Sequence record: SRR31156797_2835
Strand: one strand, 5' to 3'
DNA length: 64,000 bases
Shown here one piece after another: positions 48,850 to 59,137 of the stretch. A program made the translations under genes and the position numbers. The notes beneath the pieces are model-generated. The model was not told the DNA's origin and searched no databases. It saw nothing but the letters and a program-made list of their open reading frames with translations. Positions within the stretch are counted from its first letter, which is position 1. Every line of letters begins with the position of its first letter.

Positions 48850-49052
48850 GGCGTATCCTCTCACTATGGATGTAGAACAAAAAAGATAAAAAAAGGTCGT
48901 CGTTCAGTATACCGGAGAGTGTGCAATGTCCAGAAACGACACCAATGAATGACACCAATTTTTCATATTTTCCTTGTGCCCCAACGCTTGCCATTCGAGA
49001 GAAAAGCACTTATTTACTCTCTCTTCACCAATTTCCCATGGAGTAATAAGAC

Positions 49053-52000
49053 ATGGCTCAGCTCGGACCCCACATTTCAATATCAGACGAACAGCTCATC
49101 ACCCGCGCCCTGGGCGTGGTAGAGATGGAGCAATATGCACACTGGCCCGAGGATGTAAAAAAACTCGCCGCCAATCTCGCCGCCGAACTTTTTCTGGTGC
49201 GCTATAATCCGTTCATCGACGCCTCACTGGTAAAAAAATCAGTTGCTCGTCGGCTGAACATGTCCAGGCCTTCTCTCGACAAGGAATTCGGTACCATCCT
49301 GACCAAAGGGATCGAACTTTTCTGGGAACGCTATGACCGGGAAATCGCCTTTCGAGAACGAATCATTGAACAGCTCAAACACTTCATGCCCGAAAACGGC
49401 ATTGGTGACGCACCGCACTCCCGTGTTGAATCAGCCACCGACGCTACCGACCTGCGCATGGAACTGCCCATGCTCGTCCTCTTTCCCGAAACCGAAGCGC
49501 AGATTCAGGGCATCGTCAAACTCGCCAATGAAATGCACTTCGGCATTATCCCGCGCGGTGGCGGCACCGGAGCAACTGGCGGGGCTATTCCGGCAGAAGC
49601 TCGCTCCGTCATTCTGTCCCTGACTCGATTCAAGGATATTCTGGATGTTGATCAAGAGAATCATATCCTGACATTGGAATCCGGGGTCATTACGCTAAAC
49701 GCCATTCAAGCGGCTGCCAAAAAGGATGTCCTTTTCACTGTTGATCCGGCTTCCAAGGCTGGTTCTTCCATTGGTGGTAACATTTCCGAAAACGCCGGTG
49801 GCCCATTCGCCTTTGAATATGGCACCACCATCGACAACATCCTGAGCTACCGGATGGTCAAACCAGACGGTTCGCTCATCGAAGTCCGCCGCAAGGACCA
49901 TCCGCGTCACAAAATTTATGAAGGTGAAACTGCGACCTTTGAAATCTTCGATGCAAACGGACACAAAATCGACACTGTTGAACTCGACAGCAGCGAAATC
50001 CGTGGCAAAGGCCTCGGCAAAGACGTGTCCAACAAATACCTGGGAGGGCTGCCCGGCGTACAGAAGGAAGGGACAGACGGCATCATCACCGTGGCCAGAT
50101 TCATCTGTTATCCGGCGCTGAAAAATTCTCGTGTGCTCTGCCTTGAATTCTTTGGACGTTCCATGCGCAATGCCATGCTCGTCATCAAGGACGTTGTTGC
50201 CCTGCGCGATACCATCCGAAAGGAAGGCGATCTGGTAAAGATTTCCGCTCTTGAAGAATTCGGCCCCAAGTACGTACAGGCCATCGACTACCAAACCAAG
50301 TCTACCCAGTACGAAGGCAATCCGATTTCCGTCCTCATTCTGCAACTGGACTCCGACGACAAAGAGGCACTTGACGCAGCATGTCAGAATGTGCTGGCCA
50401 TTGCCCAGCCCTTTGACGGCGTGGACATCTTTGCAGCCCGTGACGACAAGGAAGGTGAACTATTCTGGGAGGACCGGCACAAGCTGTCGGCCATTGCCAA
50501 GCGCACGTCAGGTTTCAAAATCAACGAAGACGTTGTCATTCCCATGGATGTCATCCCGGAATTCTCCGACTTCCTCGAAGACCTGAACCTCATTTACTTG
50601 GCAAAGATATACCGTACGACCCTTGAAAAAGTCCGCGCCATGACCGGCGTGAACGACGACGATGCTGACATCAGGGAAGCGTTTGGTCGCATCGACGATA
50701 TTCTGAGCGGCAAAGTAACGTCCCATGACTTTTCCGACACCGAACAGGAGGCTCAATGCCGTTACCTGTTCCTGAAATTGCGCGATTCCTACCCTCGTCT
50801 GGACCGCGAAATCAAAGCCATGTGGCAGGACATGCAGCTTCGGCGCATCGTCATTGCCAACCACATGCACGCAGGCGATGGTAACTGCCACGTCAACCTG
50901 CCGGTCAACTCCAACGACCCGGAGATGCTCGCCTCAGCCCACGAAGCCGCTGAAGTAGTCATGACCAAAGTTTTGGAAATGGGCGGTGAAGTCTCTGGCG
51001 AACATGGCATCGGCATCACCAAGATAGCCTTCCTGAGCGACAAGAAAATCAAGGACTTGTCCGAATACAAGAAGAATGTCGACCCGAACAATATCCTCAA
51101 TCCGGGAAAGCTCACCGCACGAAAGCTGCCGAGCGTACCATTCACGTTCTCGTTCAACCGGCTCATCAAGGACCTCGACGCCACTGCACTCAAGGACAAG
51201 GAAGCCCTCATGGGGCTTTTGAAAAACATTCAGACCTGTACCCGTTGCGGCAAGTGCAAACAGGTCTGCCCCATGTACCTCCCGGCCAAAGGACTTTTAT
51301 TCCACCCGCGCAACAAGAACATCAGTCTCGGCGCGCTCATTGAAGGCATTTACTACTCGCAGGTGCAAACCGGCGAACCGGCTCCTTCGCTCATGGCTGA
51401 GCTGCGCAATCTGATGGATCACTGCACAGCCTGCGGCAAATGCCAAGCCGCCTGTCCGGTCAAAATTGACTCTGCCGGAGCAGCCCTGTCCATGCGGTCA
51501 TTCCTCGACTCCAAAAACAAATCAGGCCATCAGCTTAAACAAATCGTGTTGCGCAATGTCGCCAAGAATCCGGCGTCCAACCTGCCGGTTGTTGCCAAGT
51601 TCCTGTCTGTCGGACAATCCCTTCAGGATAAGACCTTGGGCATGATACCGGCCCGCTGGCTTTCACGCATCGAATCCCCGATCGTCAAAAGTCGCAGTCC
51701 TCACATCGATTTCCGAAATCTGTTTGAAACTCTGGAGTTGGAAGGTGGCTCAGTCTTCAAAAATCCCAGAGCCGCAAGCGATAACACCGTGCTCTACTTT
51801 CCGGGTTGTGGAGGATCACTTTTCTCCCATTCCATCGGTATGGCCTCGGTCTACCTGCTTCTCAAATCCGGTGTAAACGTGGTCATGCCCGACCACCACA
51901 TGTGCTGCGGATACCCGTTGCTCGCCTCTGGTTGTGAAGAAGCATACAAGACCAACCGTCATCGCAACATTCAAGAGTTCCTCGACCTGTTCGTCAAGAC

Positions 52001-52580
52001 CGGCAAGGCTGGCCTCAAGGCCACAACCCTGCTCACGGCCTGCGGAACCTGTCGTGAATCGCTGGAAAGCTACGACTTCACCGGTGAAATGGAAGAACCA
52101 CTCAAGCAGATGGACGTGGTCCAATTCCTTATTGAACGCCTGCCTTCCATCCGCCAGTCCGAGTCGATCGTGTACCACGCTGCCTGTCATGCGGAATGGG
52201 TGGACGCGCCCAAAATCAAGGCCCCAGAACTGTATCGCACGGCACTGGCCGAACTGACCGGTGCCGATGTAAGTCTCTCACCCGGCTGCTGCGGAGAATC
52301 CGGCCTCGGCGCCTTGACTTCTCCCGGCATTTACAACCGGCTGCGCGAATGCAAACAGGACCAACTCAGTGATGATCTCGGCCACAACCGGGAAAAACCC
52401 ATTGTCGTTGGTTGCCCGTCCTGCAAGGTCGGCATAAAACGATCCATGCTCCAAATGAAACGCCCCAACCGAGTTCTTCATGCCGTGGAGTACTTGGCCG
52501 AAGCCGTGGGTGGGAAAAAATGGAAAAAGGAACTCAAGGACTTGCTCGAAAAAGTTGAACGTAAAGGCGCTGACAACTAA
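49053..52580 (+). CDS. FAD-linked 2-hydroxyacid oxidoreductase with fused 4Fe-4S and CCG domains (GlcD+GlcF type)
   Basis: PRGGGTG, GGNISENAGG, HAGDGNCH, GEHGIG, CTRCGKCKQVCP, CTACGKCQAACP, two CCG domains. Confidence 0.9.
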   Translation: MAQLGPHISISDEQLITRALGVVEMEQYAHWPEDVKKLAANLAAELFLVRYNPFIDASLVKKSVARRLNMSRPSLDKEFGTILTKGIELFWERYDREIAFRERIIEQLKHFMPENGIGDAPHSRVESATDATDLRMELPMLVLFPETEAQIQGIVKLANEMHFGIIPRGGGTGATGGAIPAEARSVILSLTRFKDILDVDQENHILTLESGVITLNAIQAAAKKDVLFTVDPASKAGSSIGGNISENAGGPFAFEYGTTIDNILSYRMVKPDGSLIEVRRKDHPRHKIYEGETATFEIFDANGHKIDTVELDSSEIRGKGLGKDVSNKYLGGLPGVQKEGTDGIITVARFICYPALKNSRVLCLEFFGRSMRNAMLVIKDVVALRDTIRKEGDLVKISALEEFGPKYVQAIDYQTKSTQYEGNPISVLILQLDSDDKEALDAACQNVLAIAQPFDGVDIFAARDDKEGELFWEDRHKLSAIAKRTSGFKINEDVVIPMDVIPEFSDFLEDLNLIYLAKIYRTTLEKVRAMTGVNDDDADIREAFGRIDDILSGKVTSHDFSDTEQEAQCRYLFLKLRDSYPRLDREIKAMWQDMQLRRIVIANHMHAGDGNCHVNLPVNSNDPEMLASAHEAAEVVMTKVLEMGGEVSGEHGIGITKIAFLSDKKIKDLSEYKKNVDPNNILNPGKLTARKLPSVPFTFSFNRLIKDLDATALKDKEALMGLLKNIQTCTRCGKCKQVCPMYLPAKGLLFHPRNKNISLGALIEGIYYSQVQTGEPAPSLMAELRNLMDHCTACGKCQAACPVKIDSAGAALSMRSFLDSKNKSGHQLKQIVLRNVAKNPASNLPVVAKFLSVGQSLQDKTLGMIPARWLSRIESPIVKSRSPHIDFRNLFETLELEGGSVFKNPRAASDNTVLYFPGCGGSLFSHSIGMASVYLLLKSGVNVVMPDHHMCCGYPLLASGCEEAYKTNRHRNIQEFLDLFVKTGKAGLKATTLLTACGTCRESLESYDFTGEMEEPLKQMDVVQFLIERLPSIRQSESIVYHAACHAEWVDAPKIKAPELYRTALAELTGADVSLSPGCCGESGLGALTSPGIYNRLRECKQDQLSDDLGHNREKPIVVGCPSCKVGIKRSMLQMKRPNRVLHAVEYLAEAVGGKKWKKELKDLLEKVERKGADN

Positions 52581-52643
52581 CTCCGACCCAAGTTTGACCC
52601 AAAATGTCTGACAAGGTAGGCTCCTGTCCCAAAGGAGCCTACC

Positions 52644-53594
52644 ATGACAATTTACGCTCGCCTCATTGCATCCATTGCGATTCTACTCGGCCTGATCTGC
52701 TTTGCGGCCTTCCTGCGTCACAAAGGTTTTGTCCGCGAAGAGCACGGCGGTGTCTTCGCCAAACTGGTCACGCACGCCACTCTGCCTGCCCTCATTTTTG
52801 TTTCACTGGCCCGCACGTCCATCATGTGGAATGAGGCATGGCTCGCGCTCATCATGTTGATGGCTGAACTGCTTGCGCTTGGTCTCGGTTGGATTGCGGC
52901 AAAGGCGCTTCGATTGGATCGTCCTTCTACCGGGGCCATAATCCTCGTTTCCGGCTTTGGCAGCTCTTCCCTGCTTGGTTACGCACTCATCAGTCAGGTT
53001 TTCCCGGGGAACACCGGCGCTATGACTGAAGCAGTCATGGTTTCCGAAATCGGCGTCGGTCCGGCACTCTTCACCATCGGCACAATGATCGCCATCTACT
53101 ATGGCAGTGAGGGCGCATCCCCAAAGGCCCGCATCAAGGCGGCTTTAGGTTTTTTCCGTTCCCCAATTTTCATCTCCGTGGTAGCCGGACTCATCTGGTC
53201 CGCTTTTAAGCTCCCGACAGACGGCCCTGTGATGGGCACCATCATGCAGGCTCTCGATGTTACAGGCGCAGCCAACACATTAATGGTCACACTCCTTGTA
53301 GGCGTCCTGCTTCATTTCCAAGACCTCGGTTCCGTGGCATTGGCAGGTATCGCCGTAGCCGCAAACAAACTTATCCTGAAACCAATCATGATATGGATGC
53401 CAACCGTGTTTATGGCTCTTGAGACATGGGAAGTGCATGTGCTGGTACTGGAAGCGGCCATGCCTTCAGCCTTACTTACTGTGGCTCTATCCCGTACTTA
53501 TGGATGCAATGCCGGATTGGCATCCCGAATGGTCTTCCTGACTACCCTAGCCAGCGGCATTACCATTCCGATCATGTTCAAAATATTGAGTTGA
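52644..53594 (+). CDS. AEC (auxin efflux carrier/malate permease) family transporter
   Basis: About 10 TMs, TLPALIF, KLILKP, EAAMPSA. Confidence 0.85.
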   Translation: MTIYARLIASIAILLGLICFAAFLRHKGFVREEHGGVFAKLVTHATLPALIFVSLARTSIMWNEAWLALIMLMAELLALGLGWIAAKALRLDRPSTGAIILVSGFGSSSLLGYALISQVFPGNTGAMTEAVMVSEIGVGPALFTIGTMIAIYYGSEGASPKARIKAALGFFRSPIFISVVAGLIWSAFKLPTDGPVMGTIMQALDVTGAANTLMVTLLVGVLLHFQDLGSVALAGIAVAANKLILKPIMIWMPTVFMALETWEVHVLVLEAAMPSALLTVALSRTYGCNAGLASRMVFLTTLASGITIPIMFKILS

Positions 53595-53733
53595 CCCTGT
53601 TTTACATTGACCAGAGTCCGCTCAAATGCTTTGTTTGGGCGGACTTTTTCGTTGGAGACACCCATGGACAATAAAAAAAGTATGAAACACGACACGAACT
53701 GCACCCCCGCTCACATCCGGGAAGGGGAATAGT

Positions 53734-54147
53734 ATGCGTGCACTCGGCATTGATTTCGGCCTAAAACGCGTGGGGCTTGCCGTATCCGACCGTACCGGCA
53801 CGCTGGTCTCTCCGTTCAAGACCATTGTCAGGACTTCACGAAACGCCCTCTTTGACGAACTACAAGAAATCATACAAAATGAATCAATTAAAATCGTTGT
53901 GGTCGGTCTCCCCCTCTCTTTGGACGGAGAAGATACCCTGACCACTCGTCAGGCCCGCAATTTTGCCGAAAGCCTGGGACGACGCATCGAACAGCCTATC
54001 CACCTGATGGACGAACGGCTGACCTCAGCTGAAGCCGAAGAAGAACTCAACGCCGCCGGTCTCTACGGCAAAAAACGAAAGATGGCCCTGGACAGTCAGG
54101 CCGCCGTCATCATATTGCGCTCATGGATCGAAAGCGGACAATCATAA
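53734..54147 (+). CDS. ruvX: RuvX/YqgF pre-16S rRNA nuclease
   Basis: LGIDFGLKRVGLAVSD, VVGLP, DERLTS, DSQAA. Confidence 0.95.
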   Translation: MRALGIDFGLKRVGLAVSDRTGTLVSPFKTIVRTSRNALFDELQEIIQNESIKIVVVGLPLSLDGEDTLTTRQARNFAESLGRRIEQPIHLMDERLTSAEAEEELNAAGLYGKKRKMALDSQAAVIILRSWIESGQS

Positions 54148-55187
54148 TATCATTTCTCGGCCTGCTTCTTCTGGCAGGCATCGGTACGGGCGGCTATGTC
54201 TGGCATAAGGCATGGCTTGAAAACCAATTTCTGACCGTACCACCGGAATCCCCGGGACAAGACATCATGTTTCGCGTGGAACCCGGTCAAATTTTCACCA
54301 CCATCTCAACCAATCTAAAAAAAAGCGGCCTGATCACGGATACCCGTCGTTTTCTTAAGCTGGCGCAACGAACCGGCAAGACGTCATCACTCCGCGCAGG
54401 ACAATTCAAACTTTCGACGGGGTGGACCCCCGATCAAATTCTTCATGAGCTGAGCACGTCAGCCGGAATCATGAAAAAGGCCTCAATCCGCGAGGGCCTG
54501 ACATGGTGGCAAACCGCTGACAAAATTCAGGCAGCACAGTTGGGCAGCTATGAGAAATTTGCCGAAGCCATAACCGACCAAAAGCTCTTGAAAAAATATG
54601 GCATTGAAGCGAATAATGCCGAAGGATATCTCTTCCCGGAGACCTATCTGCTCACCCCGCCAAGGGGCGACCAGTCACGATACATGGCCGAAATAATGCT
54701 TAAAGAATTTTTCAGAAACGCGGCCAAAGTCTGGCCTGACGGCCTGCCGGAATTCGATGAGATGAACAAGATAGTCACGCTCGCCTCACTTATTGAAAAA
54801 GAAACCGGCAACACTTCAGAACGAAAACGCATATCCGGGGTCTTTCATAACCGCCTCAAGAAACGGATGCTCATTCAGGCAGACCCGACCATTATTTATG
54901 GCCTTGGACCTGCTTTTGACGGAAATATTCGCCGCAGTCACATTCTGGACAAAAACAATCCGTACAACACGTACGTCATTCGCGGCCTCCCTCCGGGACC
55001 AATCTGCTCACCGGGACTTGATGCACTGCTGGCCGCCGTCCACCCTGAAGATCACTCATTTTTATATTTTGTAGCAAAAGGCAACGGGTCCCATTATTTC
55101 AGCAAATCGCTGTCGGAACACAACAACGCAGTCAGACAGTACCAGCTTAGAAGAAACCGCAAGACATATCGATCCACCCAAGAATAA
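54123..55187 (+). CDS. mltG: Endolytic transglycosylase MltG
   Basis: N-terminal TM, EGYLFPETY, LASLIEKET, NPYNTY..GLPPGPI. Confidence 0.95.
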   Translation: MDRKRTIIISFLGLLLLAGIGTGGYVWHKAWLENQFLTVPPESPGQDIMFRVEPGQIFTTISTNLKKSGLITDTRRFLKLAQRTGKTSSLRAGQFKLSTGWTPDQILHELSTSAGIMKKASIREGLTWWQTADKIQAAQLGSYEKFAEAITDQKLLKKYGIEANNAEGYLFPETYLLTPPRGDQSRYMAEIMLKEFFRNAAKVWPDGLPEFDEMNKIVTLASLIEKETGNTSERKRISGVFHNRLKKRMLIQADPTIIYGLGPAFDGNIRRSHILDKNNPYNTYVIRGLPPGPICSPGLDALLAAVHPEDHSFLYFVAKGNGSHYFSKSLSEHNNAVRQYQLRRNRKTYRSTQE

Positions 55188-55271
55188 CCGGAATCCCTGC
55201 ATTTCGATTATTGCGAATTGATACCTTTTCCGATAGCATATCGTGTGGAAGAACATTCCAGCGGGAGAAAC

Positions 55272-56300
55272 ATGCGTTTATCAATTCGACTCGCCCAAGT
55301 CATGGGCCTCATTCTCTGTCTGGGCTGCGCCACAAACGGCTTTGCCCAATCAGAATTAACGGTACGTCGTGCCGCATTCGACATCGGCTCAGCTGTCATC
55401 AAATGTACCATTGCTGATGTGGATACCTCCACTGGCCAGATCATCAAGACCATTGAGACCTTGTCGGAAAAAGTCGACTTCGCAGAAGACCTCGCCCGAT
55501 CCTACGACTCGAATCTCAGCCGAGATATCATGAACGCGGGTATTAAGGCCCTCGAAGCAATGAAACAGGTTGCGGTCGAAAAAAATGTTAAAGAATATTC
55601 TGCAGCAGGTGGAGCTGTTTTCCGCTCTGCCAGAAATGGACGAGCCTACTTTGTCCATATCGAAGAAGAAACCGGCATCCCCAGCCGTATTGTTTCCGAA
55701 CAACAGGCGGCAATGCTCAGCTACCACGCAGTCCGACAGGCATTGGACTTCTCGTCTCGCGATCTCCTTGTCTGGGACATCGGCGGCGGTAGTATGCAGA
55801 TGACCGCCCGACACATGGACGGAGGACTCCTCTTTTATATTGACCCCATGGCTTCAGTCTCTTTCAAAAACGTGGTTATCGGCACCATTCAAGGGAAAAA
55901 CATCGCTACTGTTTCTTCCCCAAACCCCGTCAGCGCCAACGAAGTCGCCTCTGCTCTCACTAATATCAAGACCCACGCGGCTACATCCATTCCCCCACTC
56001 ATCACGTCCCGCCTGCGTCATTCCAACATGATTGTGGCCGGAATCGGGGGTGTTCATTATTACGGAATTCCCGAACAAATAGGCAAACGAGACAAAGTCT
56101 TCACTCGCGACGATGTCGCCAAGGCTCTGGAAAAGTGGACTGGCAAAAATGACGAAGACTTTGAAAGTGAATTCGCTGCCACCCGCCTGACCAATCTCAT
56201 TCTGGTACTTGGTTACATGGATACTCTCGGCATCAAAGAAGTCCATCCGTTGGTCATCAACCAATCTGACGGACTGCTGGCCGCTCCTGAATTCTGGTAG
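55272..56300 (+). CDS. Ppx/GppA-fold (ASKHA) protein with predicted signal peptide
   Basis: AAFDIGS, FRSARN, WDIGGGSMQ; N-terminus MRLSIRLAQVMGLILCLGCATNGFA. Confidence 0.75.
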   Translation: MRLSIRLAQVMGLILCLGCATNGFAQSELTVRRAAFDIGSAVIKCTIADVDTSTGQIIKTIETLSEKVDFAEDLARSYDSNLSRDIMNAGIKALEAMKQVAVEKNVKEYSAAGGAVFRSARNGRAYFVHIEEETGIPSRIVSEQQAAMLSYHAVRQALDFSSRDLLVWDIGGGSMQMTARHMDGGLLFYIDPMASVSFKNVVIGTIQGKNIATVSSPNPVSANEVASALTNIKTHAATSIPPLITSRLRHSNMIVAGIGGVHYYGIPEQIGKRDKVFTRDDVAKALEKWTGKNDEDFESEFAATRLTNLILVLGYMDTLGIKEVHPLVINQSDGLLAAPEFW

Positions 56301-56301
56301 C

Positions 56302-57150
56302 CTACCGAATTTCAACGCCGAAACGATCTACCCACGACTCTGATTCAAATTCTCCGGGGAAATAAATATACTTGGCTTTGGCCTTGATCTTTACTCGTTG
56401 GACCGGCCCCCACCATCTGGAATCGTAACTAGCTTCACGATTATCACCGAGAACGAAATACTCCTCCGCCCCCAATGTCAAAGGCCCAAAGTCGTCACGT
56501 ACTGGTACTATGCTCGTCTTGGTGTGTTGCACATACGATTCTTCAAGCGGATTATCGTTAACAAACACTTGTCGTTGACGAATCTCAACGGTCTCGCCGG
56601 GAAGTCCGACGACTCGTTTGATAAAATCTACATGCTCATTTTCCGGGAATGGGAAAATCACGATATCCCCTCGCTTCACGGCATAATCTAAGGCCAAAGT
56701 CTCCACAATAAAATGATCCCCAATCTTCAAAGTGGGCAGCATTGAACCGGACGGGGCCTTATATGCCTCATAAGATTGAGACATCAAATGATCAAAGACA
56801 AAACCGGATGCCAAACTCACGCACAGACAGAGAGCGTACACCCACCAACGATTCCATGGTCCGGGACTCAATTCGCGAAGCCCTTTGGCAGAAGCAAAAG
56901 CCTCCCATGCCACGAACACATTAAAACCCAACAATATGGCGAGACAAAGTAACGTCGAGACAAAATCCGACCAGAACGGAATCATGGCCAAAGAGTACAC
57001 CCACTCAGCGACAAAGAAGCCAACGCCCTTTTTCCACTGACCGTTATATACTTGACCGAAACCGGTAAACAAAAGGGAAAGCAGTCCTGCCAGCCACGGC
57101 TTTCTCGGCTTGAAATCAGACACACTCTGGATGGTATTTTGATCAGTCAT
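56302..57150 (-). CDS. lepB: Signal peptidase I with extra N-terminal TM region
   Basis: SGSMLPTL (Ser), FIKRVVGLPG (Lys), GDNREASYDSR. Confidence 0.9.
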   Translation of the reverse strand: MTDQNTIQSVSDFKPRKPWLAGLLSLLFTGFGQVYNGQWKKGVGFFVAEWVYSLAMIPFWSDFVSTLLCLAILLGFNVFVAWEAFASAKGLRELSPGPWNRWWVYALCLCVSLASGFVFDHLMSQSYEAYKAPSGSMLPTLKIGDHFIVETLALDYAVKRGDIVIFPFPENEHVDFIKRVVGLPGETVEIRQRQVFVNDNPLEESYVQHTKTSIVPVRDDFGPLTLGAEEYFVLGDNREASYDSRWWGPVQRVKIKAKAKYIYFPGEFESESWVDRFGVEIR

Positions 57151-57187
57151 GACTCGACCATGCCAGATTGATCGAGAGAAGAAAACA

Positions 57188-58207
57188 TCAGGCTACCGGT
57201 ATGAAATCGCGCCCCAATTCATACCCGCGTCCATTCAGGAACTCGGCGATATCTTCGCGCGCTCCCCGACTAGCCACATACGGCAAACAAAACGCCTCAC
57301 CGGCATTGGGAATATCATTGCGGTCGACCACTGGCACCCCGTTGACGATATGGCCTATCTTACGCGGGTCGATATCATAATAAGCGGCAAACTCAACACC
57401 ATGAGCGAGCAAAAGATCTGCCCGCTTGCGAGTGGTCCGTCCTGAGCCAAGAATATGAACCACAGGGTGCAACGGATTGTTCCGGGCCAGCCACCGAGCA
57501 AGGTATTCAGTCTTGATACGATAGAAAGCATCCACATCATATCTGGGGTGATTACGCGACAACCGTGTGGGAGGATCGTTCCAAATAAGCAACTCCTCGT
57601 CCACCTTCATCATGCGCACGCCCGCTTCCAACCAGCGCAGCAGCAGTTCATAATCTTCGGGAAAATCTCCATCACGGTACATGCCGTATTCGTCAATGCA
57701 CTCCCTCCGATACATGATGGACGGATTCGGCACAGGAAATTCAACGAAACGATTCAAGGTAATGGCGTCATGCGACAGAACCGTATTAGTCCAGTCCACA
57801 TAATGAGCATATCCAGCACAAGCATCACGACACCCGCCGAATTGGATACGACAGCCAACCAACCCGACATCTGGGTTCTCATCCAACAGTCTGGACTGAG
57901 CCGCCAACCGCTCCGGCAACGACTCATCATCCGCATCCATGCGGGCTATATACCTGCCACGAGCCACCTCAATAGCCGCATTAGCCGCCGCAATCACACC
58001 GCCATGCTCGATAGACACAACACGAATACGAGAATCCCGGCGCGCATATTCGGCCAGGATTCCCGATGTATTGTCCGTACTGCCGTCATCCACGGCCACC
58101 ACTTCGAAATCCGTACAAGTCTGCCCAAGCAGGCTATCAAGCGCTTTGCTCACGGTCTCCCCACAATTAAAGCAGGGCATAGTCACGGAAATCTTCGGTA
58201 TAGACAT
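57188..58207 (-). CDS. GT2 glycosyltransferase with C-terminal Rossmann-like domain (QTGAL/B3GNTL1-like)
   Basis: VDDGSTD, RMDADD (DxD), PEDY; C-domain ILGSG...YDIDPRKIG...GRDF. Confidence 0.85.
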   Translation of the reverse strand: MSIPKISVTMPCFNCGETVSKALDSLLGQTCTDFEVVAVDDGSTDNTSGILAEYARRDSRIRVVSIEHGGVIAAANAAIEVARGRYIARMDADDESLPERLAAQSRLLDENPDVGLVGCRIQFGGCRDACAGYAHYVDWTNTVLSHDAITLNRFVEFPVPNPSIMYRRECIDEYGMYRDGDFPEDYELLLRWLEAGVRMMKVDEELLIWNDPPTRLSRNHPRYDVDAFYRIKTEYLARWLARNNPLHPVVHILGSGRTTRKRADLLLAHGVEFAAYYDIDPRKIGHIVNGVPVVDRNDIPNAGEAFCLPYVASRGAREDIAEFLNGRGYELGRDFIPVA

Positions 58208-58210
58208 GAG

Positions 58211-59128
58211 TTACTCAGCCTCGGCCTTGCTTACCTTCACAGCCGCCTTAATGCGACAGACCGAACATGTGCCGGCACTGGTTGGTGATCCACATTCAAT
58301 GCACGGCTTGAGTTCATCCCCAATCTCTTTTTCCAAACCGGCGAAGGCTGGCTTCCCTTTTTTGAGAAAAGATTGGTAGAATTGCAACTTCTGGCCGGGG
58401 CTACGATATTCAAGTTCCCCCCACAATTCCTTATGATGAGTAAAACTTGCGCCTGAAGCATACGGACACGGGTCCGAATGAATTTCAATCCCTTTAAGAA
58501 ATGCGTAGTTGGCAGTCTCGAATTCACTCAATCGGAAAAGTGGCTTTACCTTACGCACAAAGCCATCGCTGGCAGGTAAGGTTGGCCCTTGATCGGACAG
58601 ATACGCTGTATCCCAGCGCAAAGTATTTGCGAAAAGTCGAGCCACTTCATCATCCAAATTATGACCGGTAGCAAGTACATCAAAACCTTCTTCCCGAGCA
58701 ATTCGGTTAAAGTGATGCCGTTTCATCTTGCCACACACGGAACACACCGGCCGTTTGACGTATTGCTTGATATCCGGGATGGGCAACCCCCATGTCTCCA
58801 TTTCAAACACACGCAGATCGAGGTCGTGCAGATTGCAGAAATCCTCGACTTTCTTGCGCGCCTTTTCCGAAGAGTTGGGAATACCAAGGTCGATATGCAG
58901 GCCGGTGACATCATACCCTTGCAATTTCAATTCAAGCATCAGGGCCAAAGAATCCTTGCCACCGGACAACGCCACAAGAATACGCTCGTCATGGGTAAAC
59001 ATCTTTTCCCGGCGGATAGCGGTTTCCACCTGTTTGGTGAAGAAAAGCGGAAAACAATCCTTACAGAACCCGGAATGATGGCTGGGTAATGCGACGCAGG
59101 CAGTCTTTTTACAACGAATACATTTCAT
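58211..59128 (-). CDS. ttuA: TtuA/Ncs6-type tRNA 2-thiolation enzyme (PP-loop ATPase, Fe-S)
   Basis: N- and C-terminal Zn fingers, SGGKDS, CSVC plus PCP cluster ligands, TGHNLDD. Confidence 0.75.
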   Translation of the reverse strand: MKCIRCKKTACVALPSHHSGFCKDCFPLFFTKQVETAIRREKMFTHDERILVALSGGKDSLALMLELKLQGYDVTGLHIDLGIPNSSEKARKKVEDFCNLHDLDLRVFEMETWGLPIPDIKQYVKRPVCSVCGKMKRHHFNRIAREEGFDVLATGHNLDDEVARLFANTLRWDTAYLSDQGPTLPASDGFVRKVKPLFRLSEFETANYAFLKGIEIHSDPCPYASGASFTHHKELWGELEYRSPGQKLQFYQSFLKKGKPAFAGLEKEIGDELKPCIECGSPTSAGTCSVCRIKAAVKVSKAEAE

Positions 59129-59137
59129 AAATATCCC

